Below, in pieces: positions 44,333-56,605 of a DNA stretch of 64,000 bases; the first letter of the stretch is position 1; each line of letters opens with the position of its first letter. Location: contig QPMI01000089.1 of assembly GCA_004431415.1 (NCBI GenBank), forward strand, positions 124,001 through 188,000, in the 5' to 3' direction. Made by a program: the position numbers and the translations under genes. Source of the stretch: Cyanophora paradoxa CCMP329 (Eukaryota > Plantae > Glaucophyta). The notes beneath the pieces were generated by a model. It did not search any database and was not told where the DNA came from. It worked only from the letters and a program-made list of their open reading frames with translations.

Positions 44333-45006
44333 ATGCCGTCTCTGCCGCCACCCAAGACACCCGCCGTGGGCGGCGTCCTAGAGGATTTGATCGAGTCGTT
44401 CTCCAAGGTCGTCGAGGACGCGCGGCAGGTCACGCCGCTGCAGGCGCTCAAGGGCTTCTTGCACGCTGTCGACTGGTCCGAGCCCTGGATCATAGCGCTC
44501 GTCGCCTTCCACACATTCGTATTCTTGTTTGTGATCATCACGCGGCACCGCTCGACTGTCCAGATCGTCACGTTCCTCGTAATCAGTGCGCTCTCCCACC
44601 GCCGCGCGCCGCCTGCGCTCACGCGCGCCGCAGTGCTCCTCGTGTACTTGTCACAGGCCATCAACGCGGTGTGCGCGGCGCACTGGGCGCGGTTCGCGAC
44701 GCAGCCGTACTTCGATCCGAACGGCATCTTCATCTCCGCGGTCTTCTCGGGCCCCCTCCTCCTAACCTCGATCGTCCAGCTGGTCTGTCGCACACCCCGC
44801 GCCCCGCGCCCGGCGCCCACGCACGCCAGCTGACGCGCGCCGCGCCGCAGCTGATGTGCATATACCAGTCGGGCTCGCTCCTTATCAAGGTCAAGAAGGC
44901 GGAGCTGAAGGCGCAGGCAAGGAGATACAAGGCGGCGGAGGCGGCCGGCGCGGGCGGCGGGGCCGGCGACGCAGCGCCGGCGCCCGAGGGCAAGAAGGAG
45001 CAGTAG
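44333..45006 (+). CDS. TMEM18: Transmembrane protein 18
   Basis: FLHAVDWSEPWIIALVAFH, W..FATQPYFDPNGIFISAVFSGPLL and LIKVKKAELK, with two short introns. Confidence 0.9.
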
Positions 45007-45259
45007 CAGAATGCATAAAGAAGGGCAAGAAGGGCAAGAAGGGCCTATAGCTGAGCACTGCGGGCAGTCTGCGGCACATGCACTGCAGCTGCGGCACGTC
45101 GTAATGAACCTTAGTGATCTAGATCTGGCAGGCCCGGGCCCGGGGCCGAGTGAGTTCACGACCACAGCTGCAGGCTCGCGCTTTCGACGTCGTGCATCGA
45201 TGCAGGTCGATGCAGCGTTACAACAACCTCTCGGGTTTCGATATTATAAGTTACGAACG

Positions 45260-48200
45260 CTACAAAAAGGGGTCCCCGGCGCCTATAAGAGGGCGAGGTC
45301 CGCCGCGGCCTCCGCCCCGCGCGCCTCCGCCGCCGCCGCCGCCTCCGCCCCGTACCCCTCTTCGGCGCCCTCCAGGAAGTCCTCGTCCTCGGCGGCGGCC
45401 CCCTGCGCACGCGGCTCCGGCGTGAGAAGACTGCTCAGGGGAAGGGAAGGGGGGTAGGCGCGCCTCCTCGCTGGCCGCCTCGCTGCCCTCCTGCTCCTCG
45501 TCGGCCAAGCTTGCCGGGCCCGACGGCTCGGGCTCGGGCACGGGCTCGGACGACGCAGGGCCCGCCCCCTCCTCCTCCTCCTCCTCCTCATCGGCGGCGC
45601 TCGCCGGGCCGGAGGAGCCGACGGAGCCGCGGAGGAGCTCGCCCGGGGGCGGGAGGTTCGCCAGGGCGGCCTGGATCGCCTCCTGCTGCTCCAGGGTACG
45701 GCACTCGGAGTCGCCGTCCGGCTGCAGGCGGAACTTGTCCAGGATGTCCAGCACCTGTGCCCAGGCAGGTCAGGAAGACTCCGAACGGGCCTCGAGGATT
45801 TGGAAGAAGCTGTTAAAATGGTTTAAGGAGTGGAGCCTAGGCAGTTTAGGAGGTCTCTTTTTCTTACAGTGTGATCTAAAGGAATTTAATTCGGAACGGA
45901 ACGAGCGAGGAAGAAAGACTCGGACGGGGCGGGGCGCGCGGGGTACGTGTACACGGACCTTCTTGAACTCGGTCTCGCCCTCGATGACGCCGATGGGGCG
46001 CCGCGCGGCGTGCTTGCAGCCACTCGTGCACTTCGTCCTGTACCCCCACCCCCGGCCGCTAAGAAAAAGAGAAGGGGGGGGGGGGAAGACGGGCGGCGGA
46101 CCCCGTGACGCCGTCCTTGACGTAGTCGTCCTCCTCGGGCGCCTCAGTCTGCGGGGGGGTACCGTGGGCGACGGCTGCGAACTAGACCCGCTGCGCCCGA
46201 AAAAGCACAAACACACTTGGCGCCACTCGGCAAAGCTGGCCGGCTCGGCGCAGTCGAACTCGCCCGCCTGCGCCAGCTCGCCCTTGCCCTCGGCCCCGAG
46301 CCGCCACTCGCCGGCCGACCCGCCGTCCCGCTCCTCCCGCACGTGCGTCGTGACGACGCCGCGCTCGGCCCCCGGGCGGACGTAGTACCCCGCCAGGCGC
46401 GTGTCCTCGTGCTCCTCGTACGCGGCCTGGCCCCGCCCGACGCCCTCCTGCGTGTAGGGGCGCTTCCCCGCCTGCTCCACCGGCCGCGTCCTGCAGAGAG
46501 AAGAAGAAGAAGAGCGTTAGAGCAAGATAGAAAGCTTATACTTAGATGGAAACCTTTTTGAGGAAGAGAGCAGGAAGAGAGCTTTAGAGGAAGGACGAGG
46601 AGCTATCCCGCGCGGCGGGGCGGGGCGGGGCGGGGCCGGGGCGAGCGGACCAGGCGCGGGGCCCGGTCTCCTGGTACTCCATGATGAAGCGGTGCTCGGA
46701 GGCGGCGAGCTCGCAGTCGGCCCGCAGCGGCTCGGAGGCCTTGACCTCGAACTCGGCGCGGGGCTCCGGGCGCAGGCCCTTCTCCTCGAGCAGCCGCCGG
46801 AACTCCTCGTCCAGCTCCGCCTCCTCCTGCGCGCGCCGCCGCAGCTTCAGCACTCTATCTTCTAGCTTCTCCCTAACTTTTTATATAACGTTTCCCTCTC
46901 TTCCAGGGCGCACCGTTCGGGGCCCCGGGACGTGGAGCCTGACGGCGGCGGGGGCCTCCAGCGGGTCGCCCTTCTGCCACGTGACCTTCACGCCCGACAC
47001 CTCCTGCCGCCCGCCCGCGAGATGTTTGTTTGAGCCCCTTCCAGCGAGGCTCGGCCGAGCTCGGAAGAAGCCCGCTCGCACCGTCTCGCCGCACTTCGGG
47101 AGCTCGCCGTAGACCTTGGGCCCGGTGGGGACGGGCTCCCCGACGGGTACCGCCTCGCCGGCCGGCTCGGGGGTACCCGCCACGCGGAAGACGACGTTTC
47201 CCAGGTCCTCCCAGTCGATGCGCGGCTCCGCGGGCGTCGGCTCCTCTGCGGGGGCGAAAGAGGCTCAGCCGAGCGAGGCCGGGGGGGGGGGGGGGGGGGG
47301 CTGCTCAGGTGAGCCGACCTTTCAGGAGGTCGACGTACTGGCCGTACTCGATCTGCGGCGGAGATAAGTACGAGGGGGGTACACGGTGGGGGGGGGGGGG
47401 CGAGCCTCGAGGGGTACGACGCGCTGCGAGGCGTGGAGGACGCCCTCCTCGGTGACGTCACGCGCGAACTCGTCGCTGCCGCGCTCCGCCCCGCCCCGCT
47501 TGCACTCGGCCTCGCCCTTTCGCTCCCCCGCCACCTCGTAGTGGCCCGTCCTGGGTACAAGGGCGAGGATGAGGAGGAGGAGGAAGGGAGGGGGGGGGAA
47601 AGAGAGAGGGGCAGGGCACCCTTCGGTGATGCGGCCGCAGCCGCCGGTCACCTCGATCTGGCCGACCTCTGCGGCGGGCTCGCCGGTTAGCGGCCGGCCG
47701 AGCGGTCGGGCCAGACCAAGCAAAGCGCGCGCGCACCGGTGAAGGGCGTGGTGTACTCGGTCTTCTGCACGAGGGCGCCGAGGCCCTCCTCCGAGCAGTT
47801 CTCGCGGGTCCCCTCCGGCGCCGCCCGCTCCTCCTCCTTCTCCTCGGGCTCCTCGAAGCGCACGCGCCCGCCGCAGCTGTTGTCGCAGCCGCAGCCGCCG
47901 CATCCGCAGCCGCAGCCACCATCCTCGTCGCCGCCTTTGTCGTGCTTGTCGTCGTGCTTGTCGTCGTCGTTGCCCTTCCCCTTGTCGTGGTCATCGGGCG
48001 AGTCCTCCTTGTCGTCGTCGTCGTCGCGCTTCTTCTTCTCGCCGCAGCCGCAGCCGCAGCCGCCGCAGCCGCCGCAACCGCAGGAGCCGCCGCCCGAGCC
48101 CCAGTCGTCTCCCAACAGCGTGTCCAGGTAGTCCTGCAGGAGGGCAAGGAGTCAGCTGGGCTCAGCTGGGAGCGGGCTCGGCTAAGCTGAGACGGCTCCG

Positions 48201-50250
48201 CCCCGCCCGACTCCGCCCGGGCCCGCCCAGGCCCGCCCCGCCCGGGCCCGGGCCCGACCCGACCCGCCCTGCCCCGCCCGGGCCCAACCCGCCCCGCCCC
48301 GCCGCACCGTCTCGAACTCCGGCTCTCTGCTGCGGCTGCTGCTGGCCGGGCCGCCCCGCTCCTCGGCCTCGGCCTCGCCCTCGCCCGGGGGCCCGCCCAG
48401 CTCCGACGCGATCTCAGCCTCCAGCGCTCGCGTCTGCGGAGGACGATCAAAAATGGCGGGGGCGGGGCGGGGTACAGGGCGCACGGCCTCCTCGAGCCCC
48501 TCGACGTCGGCCTTCTCGGCCTTGTCGACGCGCCCGTCGGCCTTGGCCCGGTCCTTCACCGCCTCCAGCTCCGCTTCCAGCTCCTCGCGCCAGTCCTGCG
48601 GCGCCCGAGTCTCAGGGCGTTTCGTAGCGCAGGGGACCGGGCGGGATCGGCTTGGCGGGGGCGAGGGCTTCGATCGATCGACCGCACCTCCAGCTTCTCG
48701 ATGTACGTGCCGCGGTCGGACGACGCGGGCTCCTCCCCCTCCCCCTCCTCCTCCTCCTCCTCCTCCTCCGGCCACGTCTCGGGCAGATCGATTCCGCGGG
48801 ACGCCGGCCCGTCGGGCTCCTCCTCCGCCTCTGCCGGCGGTGCCTCCTCCTCGGCCGGCGGCAGCTTGCTCACAAGCGACTCCTCCTCCTCTTGTTCCTC
48901 TGCGGGGGGTTCCTCTGCCGGCGGTTCTTCTGCTGGCGGCTCCCCGATCTCTATCGCGATCTCGCGCGCTTCGCTGGGGGTCTCTTCGGTCGGCGGCTCC
49001 TCCGCCGGCGGCTGCTCCTCCGCCGGCGGCTGCTCTGCCGGCGGTTCTTCCGCCGGCGGCTGCTCCGCCGGAGGCTCCTCCGTCGGCGGCGGGGTCACCG
49101 GCTCCTCTGCCGGCGGCTCCGCGCTCTCTGCCACGTCAAACGAGAGCTCCAGATCGCGCGGCTCGCTCGAAGGCGGCTCCTCTGCCGGCGGCGGCAGCTG
49201 CTCCTCTGCCGGCGGCGGCTGCTCAGCCGGCGGCTCTTCGGCCGGCGGCGGCGGCTGCTCCTCTGCCGGCGGCGGCTGCTCAGAAGGCGGCTGCTCCTCG
49301 GCCGGCGCCGGCGGCTGCTCCTCTGCCGGCGGCGGCTGCTCAGAAGGCGGCTGCTCCTCGGCCGGCGGCGGCGGCGGCTCCTCCGCCGGCGGCTGCTCCG
49401 CCGGGGGCGCCTCGGCCTCCGTCGTGGTCACGTGGAGGACCTTCTCCTCCAGGGCGGCCACCTGCCGCTCCAGCGCCTCAAGCGGCGACTCCGCCGGCGC
49501 CGGCTCCTCCTCCTCCTCCTCCTCCTTAGTTGGCTCCTCTGTGGCTGGCTCGGCCGACTCGGTCACCTCGCCCTCGCCCTCGCCCTCGCCCTCACCCTCA
49601 CCCTCCTCCTGCTGGGACCCGATGCCCAGGTTCTCGACCAGCTCCTCGGCCGCCGCGTCCACGTTGGCCTTCTCCTGCTCCAACCGCGCTATCTCGGCGG
49701 AGAGCTTGTCCCTCGCCTGCGGCGGCGGCGGCCGGGGGGTCGCTCGCTCGCTCGAGGCCCTCAGGGACCCGAGGCGGGGCCGGCGCACCTCCTGGTCGGT
49801 AGTCTGCTCGAGCTGGGCCTTCCGTCCATTGATCTGCACGCGCGTGGTTGGCGCGTGGGCGGAGGGGGCAGGGCACGGGAGGCCCAGGCTGGGAGAAGGG
49901 GACCTGGGACTGTAGGTCGCCCTCCTCTGTGTCGAGCGCGCTGAGGACCTCCTTGATCAGGTCCTGCGTGTTGGGGCTCTGCGTGCCGGGGGCGGCGGTG
50001 AGGCGCGCGGGCAGGCGAGGGGAGGGGCCATATGGGCCCGCCGGGGAGCGCCCACCGTCGGCTCCTCTGTCGTGCCGCCCTGCAAGGACGGCATCAGGCA
50101 CATGCGTTGCAGCAGAGGCGCCCACGCGGAGCGAATGAGCGCCGCGCACTTCGTTGCTTGTCGGATCGGAGGAGCCGGGGTCAGTCTCCTCGCCGGACTG
50201 CGCGGGTGCTCCCGTCAGCTCAAAGTCCAGAGAGACGACGCGAAATCTCT
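45260..50250 (-). CDS. Large acidic low-complexity protein (EEPPAEQPP repeats, CGCGGC tracts), multi-exon, unknown function
   Basis: A chain of acidic coding exons on the minus strand. Boundaries are approximate. Confidence 0.55.
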
Positions 50251-50847
50251 ACGGCGGTGCTGCGCGGGACGCAGTTGCTAGGAGCTAGCCGGGCCGCGGG
50301 GGTCGGAGTAGGAGCTGCAGAAGGAGGCGAGGCCTAGCGGCCCTCTCTGTGACCGGGGCAGGCGACGGACTCGCGCAGGTATTAAACAGCGGCTCCTCTA
50401 GCGTTGAATTCGTTCACCGGCCCGGCCGGTTCGTCTCCAGCAGCAGAGAGCAGGGACTCTGCCTGCGAGCCCGCGCGACGGCGACGCTACGCACCATGGC
50501 GGCAACCTCTTGCGGCGCTCCTGCAGCGACGGCTGCCTGCCCCTGCACGCTCGTGTCGATCCAGGTACCTGCAAGGAGCCTCGCTGCTTCTGGCGGCTGT
50601 ACCCCTGCCGCGCAACCTCGCTGGTCCTCCCTTCGCTTTACGAGCATCTCCAGAGCAGAATCCGGATCAGCGCTCGACCAGCAATCTTCCACGCTTAGGG
50701 GCGCCAGTCATCCACGTCCGGCATAGCTACTGCGACGTTCCAGAACAGCAAGAGAGCACAGCATATCGTCTCGAGGCTTAGCTAGAGTAGCAGTCTCCAC
50801 ATCGACAAGCTTAGCTAAGTTGACGGACAGCACGAGAAGCAGACGGG

Positions 50848-51460
50848 ATGGTGTTCTTCTATGTAAAGTACGGTGAAGACAGCACCAAGATATTCAACGC
50901 GGGTGCGCCTTCGCAGCGCTGCGAGACAGCGCTGCGTTCCTGAGTCGGCGCGGCGCCGGATGCAGACTGCCCAAGCCATGTGCTTGCCAGCCACATAAAG
51001 AAAACATGCGGGTGAGCTTCACGCACCTCTTGCCCGCTGCTGCGCTCGCTGCCCCTCGGGCCGCTCCCAAGGCGCCGCTTGACAGCCCCGCGCCCTGCAG
51101 GGCAACGCAGTACGCCACGATCGATTTGACGGATGAGAAGGGTGCTCCTGCCTCGCGACGCCAGGGATGCGGTTTTGCGGCGCCCGGCTGACGCTGGCCG
51201 CGCAGGGAACAGGAGGAAGCTGGACGACGCGAAGGAGCAGCCGGCGACGACTCTGCTCGCCGAGCGGCAGTCCTACTTGCTCGTTGGCGTCTCCGGTGCG
51301 CCCATCTGCCTTTTAAGCGTCCGCGCGCGTCCGGACCCCTCCTGAGCCCGGCCGGGCAGAGACGGGCGAGGTGACCAAGCTGTTCACGGGGACGCTGAAA
51401 GCTCCGGAGGGCAAGGGGAAGAAGGAGGACCCCAAGGCCGCCAAGGCGGGCAAGAAGTAG
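50848..51460 (+). CDS. Small C22orf15/CXorf65-like protein, multi-exon
   Basis: Spliced reading MVFFYVKYGEDSTKIFNA-DCPSHVLASHIKKTC...TIDLTDEKG...LLAERQSYLLVGV...KAAKAGKK. Confidence 0.6.
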
Positions 51461-51638
51461 CGGAACAAGCAAGCAAGTTTGTGTGTCCAATCCTTCCAGG
51501 GGCGGCCCGGAGCCGTGCGGAATGCATTTGTCTCTACACATTCGCTGGCGCGGGCAGGGGGGTCCGTCGGTGCTACCGCCCTCGGCCGGGGCGGGCGGCG
51601 GGCTGGGGCGGGCGGGGGAACGCCGCCTCGGACTGCGG

Positions 51639-53744
51639 CTAGTCGGCCCAGCGCTTGCCGGAGCCGGTGCCGGCGGGGGCGGCCGGCTTGGGCAGGTGGT
51701 CCGGCGAGGGCGGGCCCCTCTTCTGCGGGGTACGCCGTTAGAGGGGCGGCGGGGCTCGAGAATCGCGCAATAGATCGCGCCTTGCCCTCATCCTCGTCCT
51801 GAATGTCCAGGCCCCCGCGGGCCGCGATCTCCGCGTCGGCGCTCTGGTCGTGCAGCAGCACGTACGTCCGCGAGCTGTGCCCGCCGGAGATCAGAAGAAA
51901 GACAGCAAAGCAACAACGGGAGACGAATGAGGCTGAGAAGAAAGGGGGCCCGCCTGGTGCCGAACTTGAGGACGTCCTTCTCGCGGAGCTCGTAGTAGCG
52001 GGAGGCCTCGATGCGCTCGTCGTTCAGGAACGTCCCGTTCGTCGATTCGAGGTCCATGATGTACGGCCTGCCCCGAAATCAGAGAAAGAGGGGGGTACGA
52101 GGATCGGGCGGGCGCGCTCACTTGACGGCCTTGATGGGTACGAGGTCGGCGTTGAGGCGGTCCGTCTCGACGAGGCGGTACTGGAGCACGGCGTGCTGCT
52201 TGGAGCAGGACGGGTGGTCCGTCGGCACGTCGCACACCTGCGCCCGCACCGTCGGACCCGACCCGCCCCGCCGGGCCCCGCCCCTCCCAGCCCTTCTGCG
52301 CCCCGCAAAGGCGGAGGCAAAGGCGGAGGCGGCCCTCGCCGAAGTGACCCTCAACGCGTGCGCCCGCGCCCCCTCCGACGCCCGCCTTGAGCTTGCGTAA
52401 CACCGGGCCCCGCCCCTCCCAGTCCTTCTGCGCCCTATCCCAACGGCCTCCGCGCCGCCCGCACCTTGCGCTCGCGGCCGAAAAGGTAGCAGCTCTGCCG
52501 GTGGATCTTGAGGGGCTCGCCTGCCGCCGCCGGCGAGGTCAGAGCAGGGCGGGGCGGGGCGGGGCGGGGCGAAGCAGGGCGGGCGGGCGGGCGGGCGGTC
52601 CGCACCGACGAGGTCGTCGCCCTTGAAGATGTAGAGGCGCCAGCGCTTCCGGGGTACGCGCGCCTCCGGCGGCTCGTTGAACTTGAACACGACGCCCTGC
52701 GCCCCGCCCCGCCCGGCCCCGCCCCGCGCCGTGAGCGGCCCTGCAGGGAAGGCTTCGGGCGGGCGGGGCGGCGGGGCGCGCGTTGTACGTGTTCGTGTCC
52801 TTGGCGAGGGCGCCCGAGGGCTGGAAGTTGGGCTTCTCCTTGGGGCCCTCCTCCTCCTCTCCCTTGGCGTCTCTGTCCCGAGAGTCGGAGGGGCGCACGG
52901 AAGGGCAGAGAAAGCGGGCGCACGGGTCGGGCTTCTTGCCCCAGACGCCCTTTCCGGTCGGCTCGGGAGAGCTGGGCCCCCGCTTGCCGCGCCCGCGGAA
53001 GCGCGGCTCGTCCTTGCCGCCGTCCTTGTAGAAGGCCTGCTTCTGGTCCGGCAGCGGGGCCCCGCCCCGGAACGCAGCCGGCCCCGGCGCGTCGCCCATC
53101 GCCCGGACCGCCGCCGGCCCCGGTGCGTCGCCCATCCCGCGGAAGGCGGCCGGCCCGGGCGCGTCGCCCATCGAGCGGCGGAAGGCCGCCGGCCCGGGCG
53201 CGTCTTCGTCGGAGCCCATCATGCGGACCGCCGCGGGACCCGGTGCGTCCTCCGCAGAGCGCGAGGGGGGCGGGCCGCCGGCGCCTTCGCCGGCGGGCGG
53301 CTGGGCCCGCTTGGGCTCGTACAGCGCCCGCGCCTTGTCGCCGAACTTGTTCTGAAAGCCGACGCCCGGGTTCGTCTTCTGCTGCGGCAGAGGCCGCACT
53401 TGCGGGAGGGTCGGGTCGACTGGGAGGCGTCGCGGCCCGAATGTCTCGGCTGGGCCGCCCTCCCGCCGGAACGCTTCCTTCTGATCCGGAAGCGGGCCGC
53501 TGCGCGAGCGCGGACCATCCTCGCGCGGCCGCTTCGCGTCACGGTCCCGGTCTCGCGGCGACCTCGAACGCGAGCGCCTGTCCCGCCTGTCGTCTCTGCT
53601 GCGCTCGCCGCGGGGTCGGTCCTCGTCTTCGCGCTTCCGGCGAGGCGGCGAGCGGCTGCGACTCCTGCTGCGGCTTCTGCGACGCTCCTTCTCGCGTCTG
53701 CGGTCGGAGTCGCGGCGCCTGTCGTCCTCGTCGCTGCGCGGCAT
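51639..53744 (-). CDS. SNIP1: FHA-domain RES-complex splicing factor SNIP1/DDL/Pml1
   Basis: RS/RD-rich N-terminus. KPNF.PSGALAKDTNT, EPPEAR.P..RWRLY.FKG, YLFGRER, DHPSCSKQHAVLQYR and DLESTNGTFLN...RYYEL.EKDVLKFG. Confidence 0.93.
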
Positions 53745-53904
53745 CGTGCCCTCCCAGGCTGTGCCCGCGGCTGTTTGTTGTTATGCTCTACGATGAAGAA
53801 GAACTCGGAACGAGAACGATTCGATGAGCTAGAGCGCTCGTGAGCCAAACTGCGTACCCTTGCCACGAAACTTCAACCCTTCCAGCCCAGCAAACCAACG
53901 AGCC

Positions 53905-56569
53905 ATGGGCGTCGGAGCAAGTCGGCCCGAGCTGCAGGTGGGTGTCGGCCTCAGTTTCTTTAGCGACTGGGCGCGCGCCGGCGAAGGCTAGCCGTGCCGC
54001 GCTGCCCCTCCGTGCACGAGAACCCCGCTTAATACGCTAGCGCCGCGCTGGGCTTCCGTCTGCCGCACGCCGGGACGAGTACCACGCGGCCGCCCAGTTC
54101 CTAGCTGCCATTCCAGCGGGACCGCACTTGTCGAGCTGCAGCTGCGGCATGCATATGCGCACGCCGCTATTCGCGCATTGAGCGGGTCCTAATCTCAGCG
54201 CGTCCCGTCGCGCAGAAAGCGGTGCTGCAGATCTCTGAGAAGTCCCTGCCGGATTCCGACGCGTTCTGGAATGCGCCAGCGGGCTTCTTGGCCGGCGGTG
54301 ATATCAACAACGACAACATCTACCAGATAGTGAGACCAGCGGACGTCCGTCAGATTCGGGAGCGCGTTCCCGGTGCGCACCCCGCGCGCCCGTCTTGCGT
54401 CCGTGGCTCACGGCGCGGGGCAGAGAACCTGCGGACCTTCCTGCGCAAGAGCGTGGAAGTTCTGGAGCGCTCCGACGAGAAGAATGTCGCCCTGCCGAAC
54501 GCCGTGCGGCTCCTCACGCGCGTCCTGCCCTTCATGTTCGAGGTCGAGGACCTGGAGGAGGAGTTCTTCTGGCGGGAAGGCGCGCGCAGCCCGTCTAAAA
54601 GAGTGCCGCTCGCGCGGTTCAGACGCCTCGCCCCGCAGAAGCGGAGACGGCGGCCGTCAGCGTACCCCGGCACACGGCGCTGGGGTACCGCCTCGTCAAC
54701 GCCCTCATGCAGGCGCGCCCGCCGCCCCGCCCCCCCTGCTACGCGCTTACCCTCCCCAGGTGGCTTTCCTGCCGGGGTACACCATCCCCGCGTCCGCCCA
54801 GGTGCACCTGCCGGAGGGGTACCTCTGGGCCGCCGGCATCGGCGCGGCGAAGGTCCAGTACCCCAGCGCGGTGCGCTCCCCCGGATCCCCTTCCTCCCTT
54901 CATCGGATCCCGCATTAATTGACACGTACCCCCGCTCCCTGCAGGCGATGCTGAACAGGCGAGCCGAGGTTTTGAAGCTCCTCCTCGTGTGCTGCTCCAA
55001 GAACCTGTACCTCTCCCCGGACCAGCTCCTCGACCCCAAGACCCCCAACAAGGTCGCATCAGATCACATCAGATCTGATCTGATCTGAAACTTCCCCGCA
55101 GTGGCTGGAGGCGGCGACGAGCCCGGGGTGCCCCAACACCGACAAGCTCCTGCGCAGCATGCTCAACACGATCGTGTCCTACGACCCCGTGCGCCCGATC
55201 GGATCCGGTCAGATCAGATCTGATCTGATCTGAGCCCCCTTCGTCCCTCGGCAGGTCGGGTGGGGCGTCCCCTTCAACAGCGTCTTCGCGGATCCCCCGG
55301 AGGCCTGCTTCAACACCGCCGCCCAGGCGCGCACGCACAGCGAACCGTAGCGAAGAGGAAGCCACTCTAAGCTGCCCTAAGCCGTCCTAAGCCGTCCTCC
55401 TAAGAAGTTTTTACCTCATAAGCCTAAGCCGTGTTTTACCATTACTAAGTGCAGTATTTATGCTAGTACACTTCTTATTAATTCGTAAACAAGTTATGCG
55501 AAGAAGAAGCCGTCCCAAGCTGTCCTAAGCCGTCCTCCTAGGAAGTTTTCCAGCGAAGAGAAGCTCTCCTAAGCCGCCCTAAGCCGTCCTAAGCCGTCCT
55601 AAGCCGCCCTAAGCCGTCCCAAGCCGCCCCAAGCCGCCCTAAGCCGCCCTAATCTGTCCTAAGCCGCTCCAAGCCGCCCCAAGCCGTCCTAAGCCGTCCT
55701 TAGCCATTTTAATCTGACCTAAGCCGCCCTAACTGTTCTTTTCTCGCCCGCCTCTTACCTTCCGCCCACGGCAGCTCGTGGCGGCGCTCCTGGACTACAA
55801 GGCCTCCCCCGAGCTCCTCCCCGAGCCCCTCGCGGCCGTCCCCAACGCCTACCGCCGCGAGCTCGCCGCCGTCTCGGACCCGGCCGACCTCGAGGCGCTC
55901 CTGCAGGCCCTCCGCCGGTGCGCCAGGCCTCGTGCCTGCGTGCGCCAGCCGCCCGGGACGGTTAGAGTTGATAAAGGACACCCAGTGCAAGCAAAGTCAC
56001 GCGTGCCGGGCACAGCCTAGTCTAAACTCTCAGCCTAGTCTAAACTCTACCGCCACACCCAAGCCACTTAGGCTATCTCTACGCCGCCGTCTCGGACCCG
56101 GCCGACCTCGAGGCCCTCCTGCAGGCCCTCCGCCGGTGCGCGCGGAAGCTTAAAATCCGCGCCGTTGGAGCTTAATGGTTGAAGCGTTGAAGATCCGGGC
56201 AGAAGTTTTCAGCTAGCTTGCTAGCTAGCGTACCCGCCCGTCCTTGCTGGCTAGCTTGCTGGCTAGCTAGCTAGCGAGCCCGCTCGCCCCTCTGATTAAC
56301 TCCGCCCCGCAGGCTGCTGAACAACGTGTGGCAAGCGAAGAACACGTACCTCCCAGGCTCCATGAAGGTGTGAGAGAGAGGGGGCATCCTAGCTAGCTAG
56401 CTAGCTAGCTCCCTACAAGATCCACGAGGGACCTAGCGAGACGTAGACCCCCCGCTTTCTTTCTCACGGCTCTCTCACCTACCTGCCCGGCTCTGTGAAG
56501 GGCATCCAGTGCTACCCCGAGCTCCTCGTGCTCCTCTGGCACTGCCTCGACGCCAACAAGGTACACCCC

Positions 56570-56605
<36 letters not shown>

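Noticed and set aside
40825-56410. GATCA and GCTA microsatellites and long G/C homopolymers in introns
   Set aside because: Ordinary low-complexity intron sequence with no organised structure seen.
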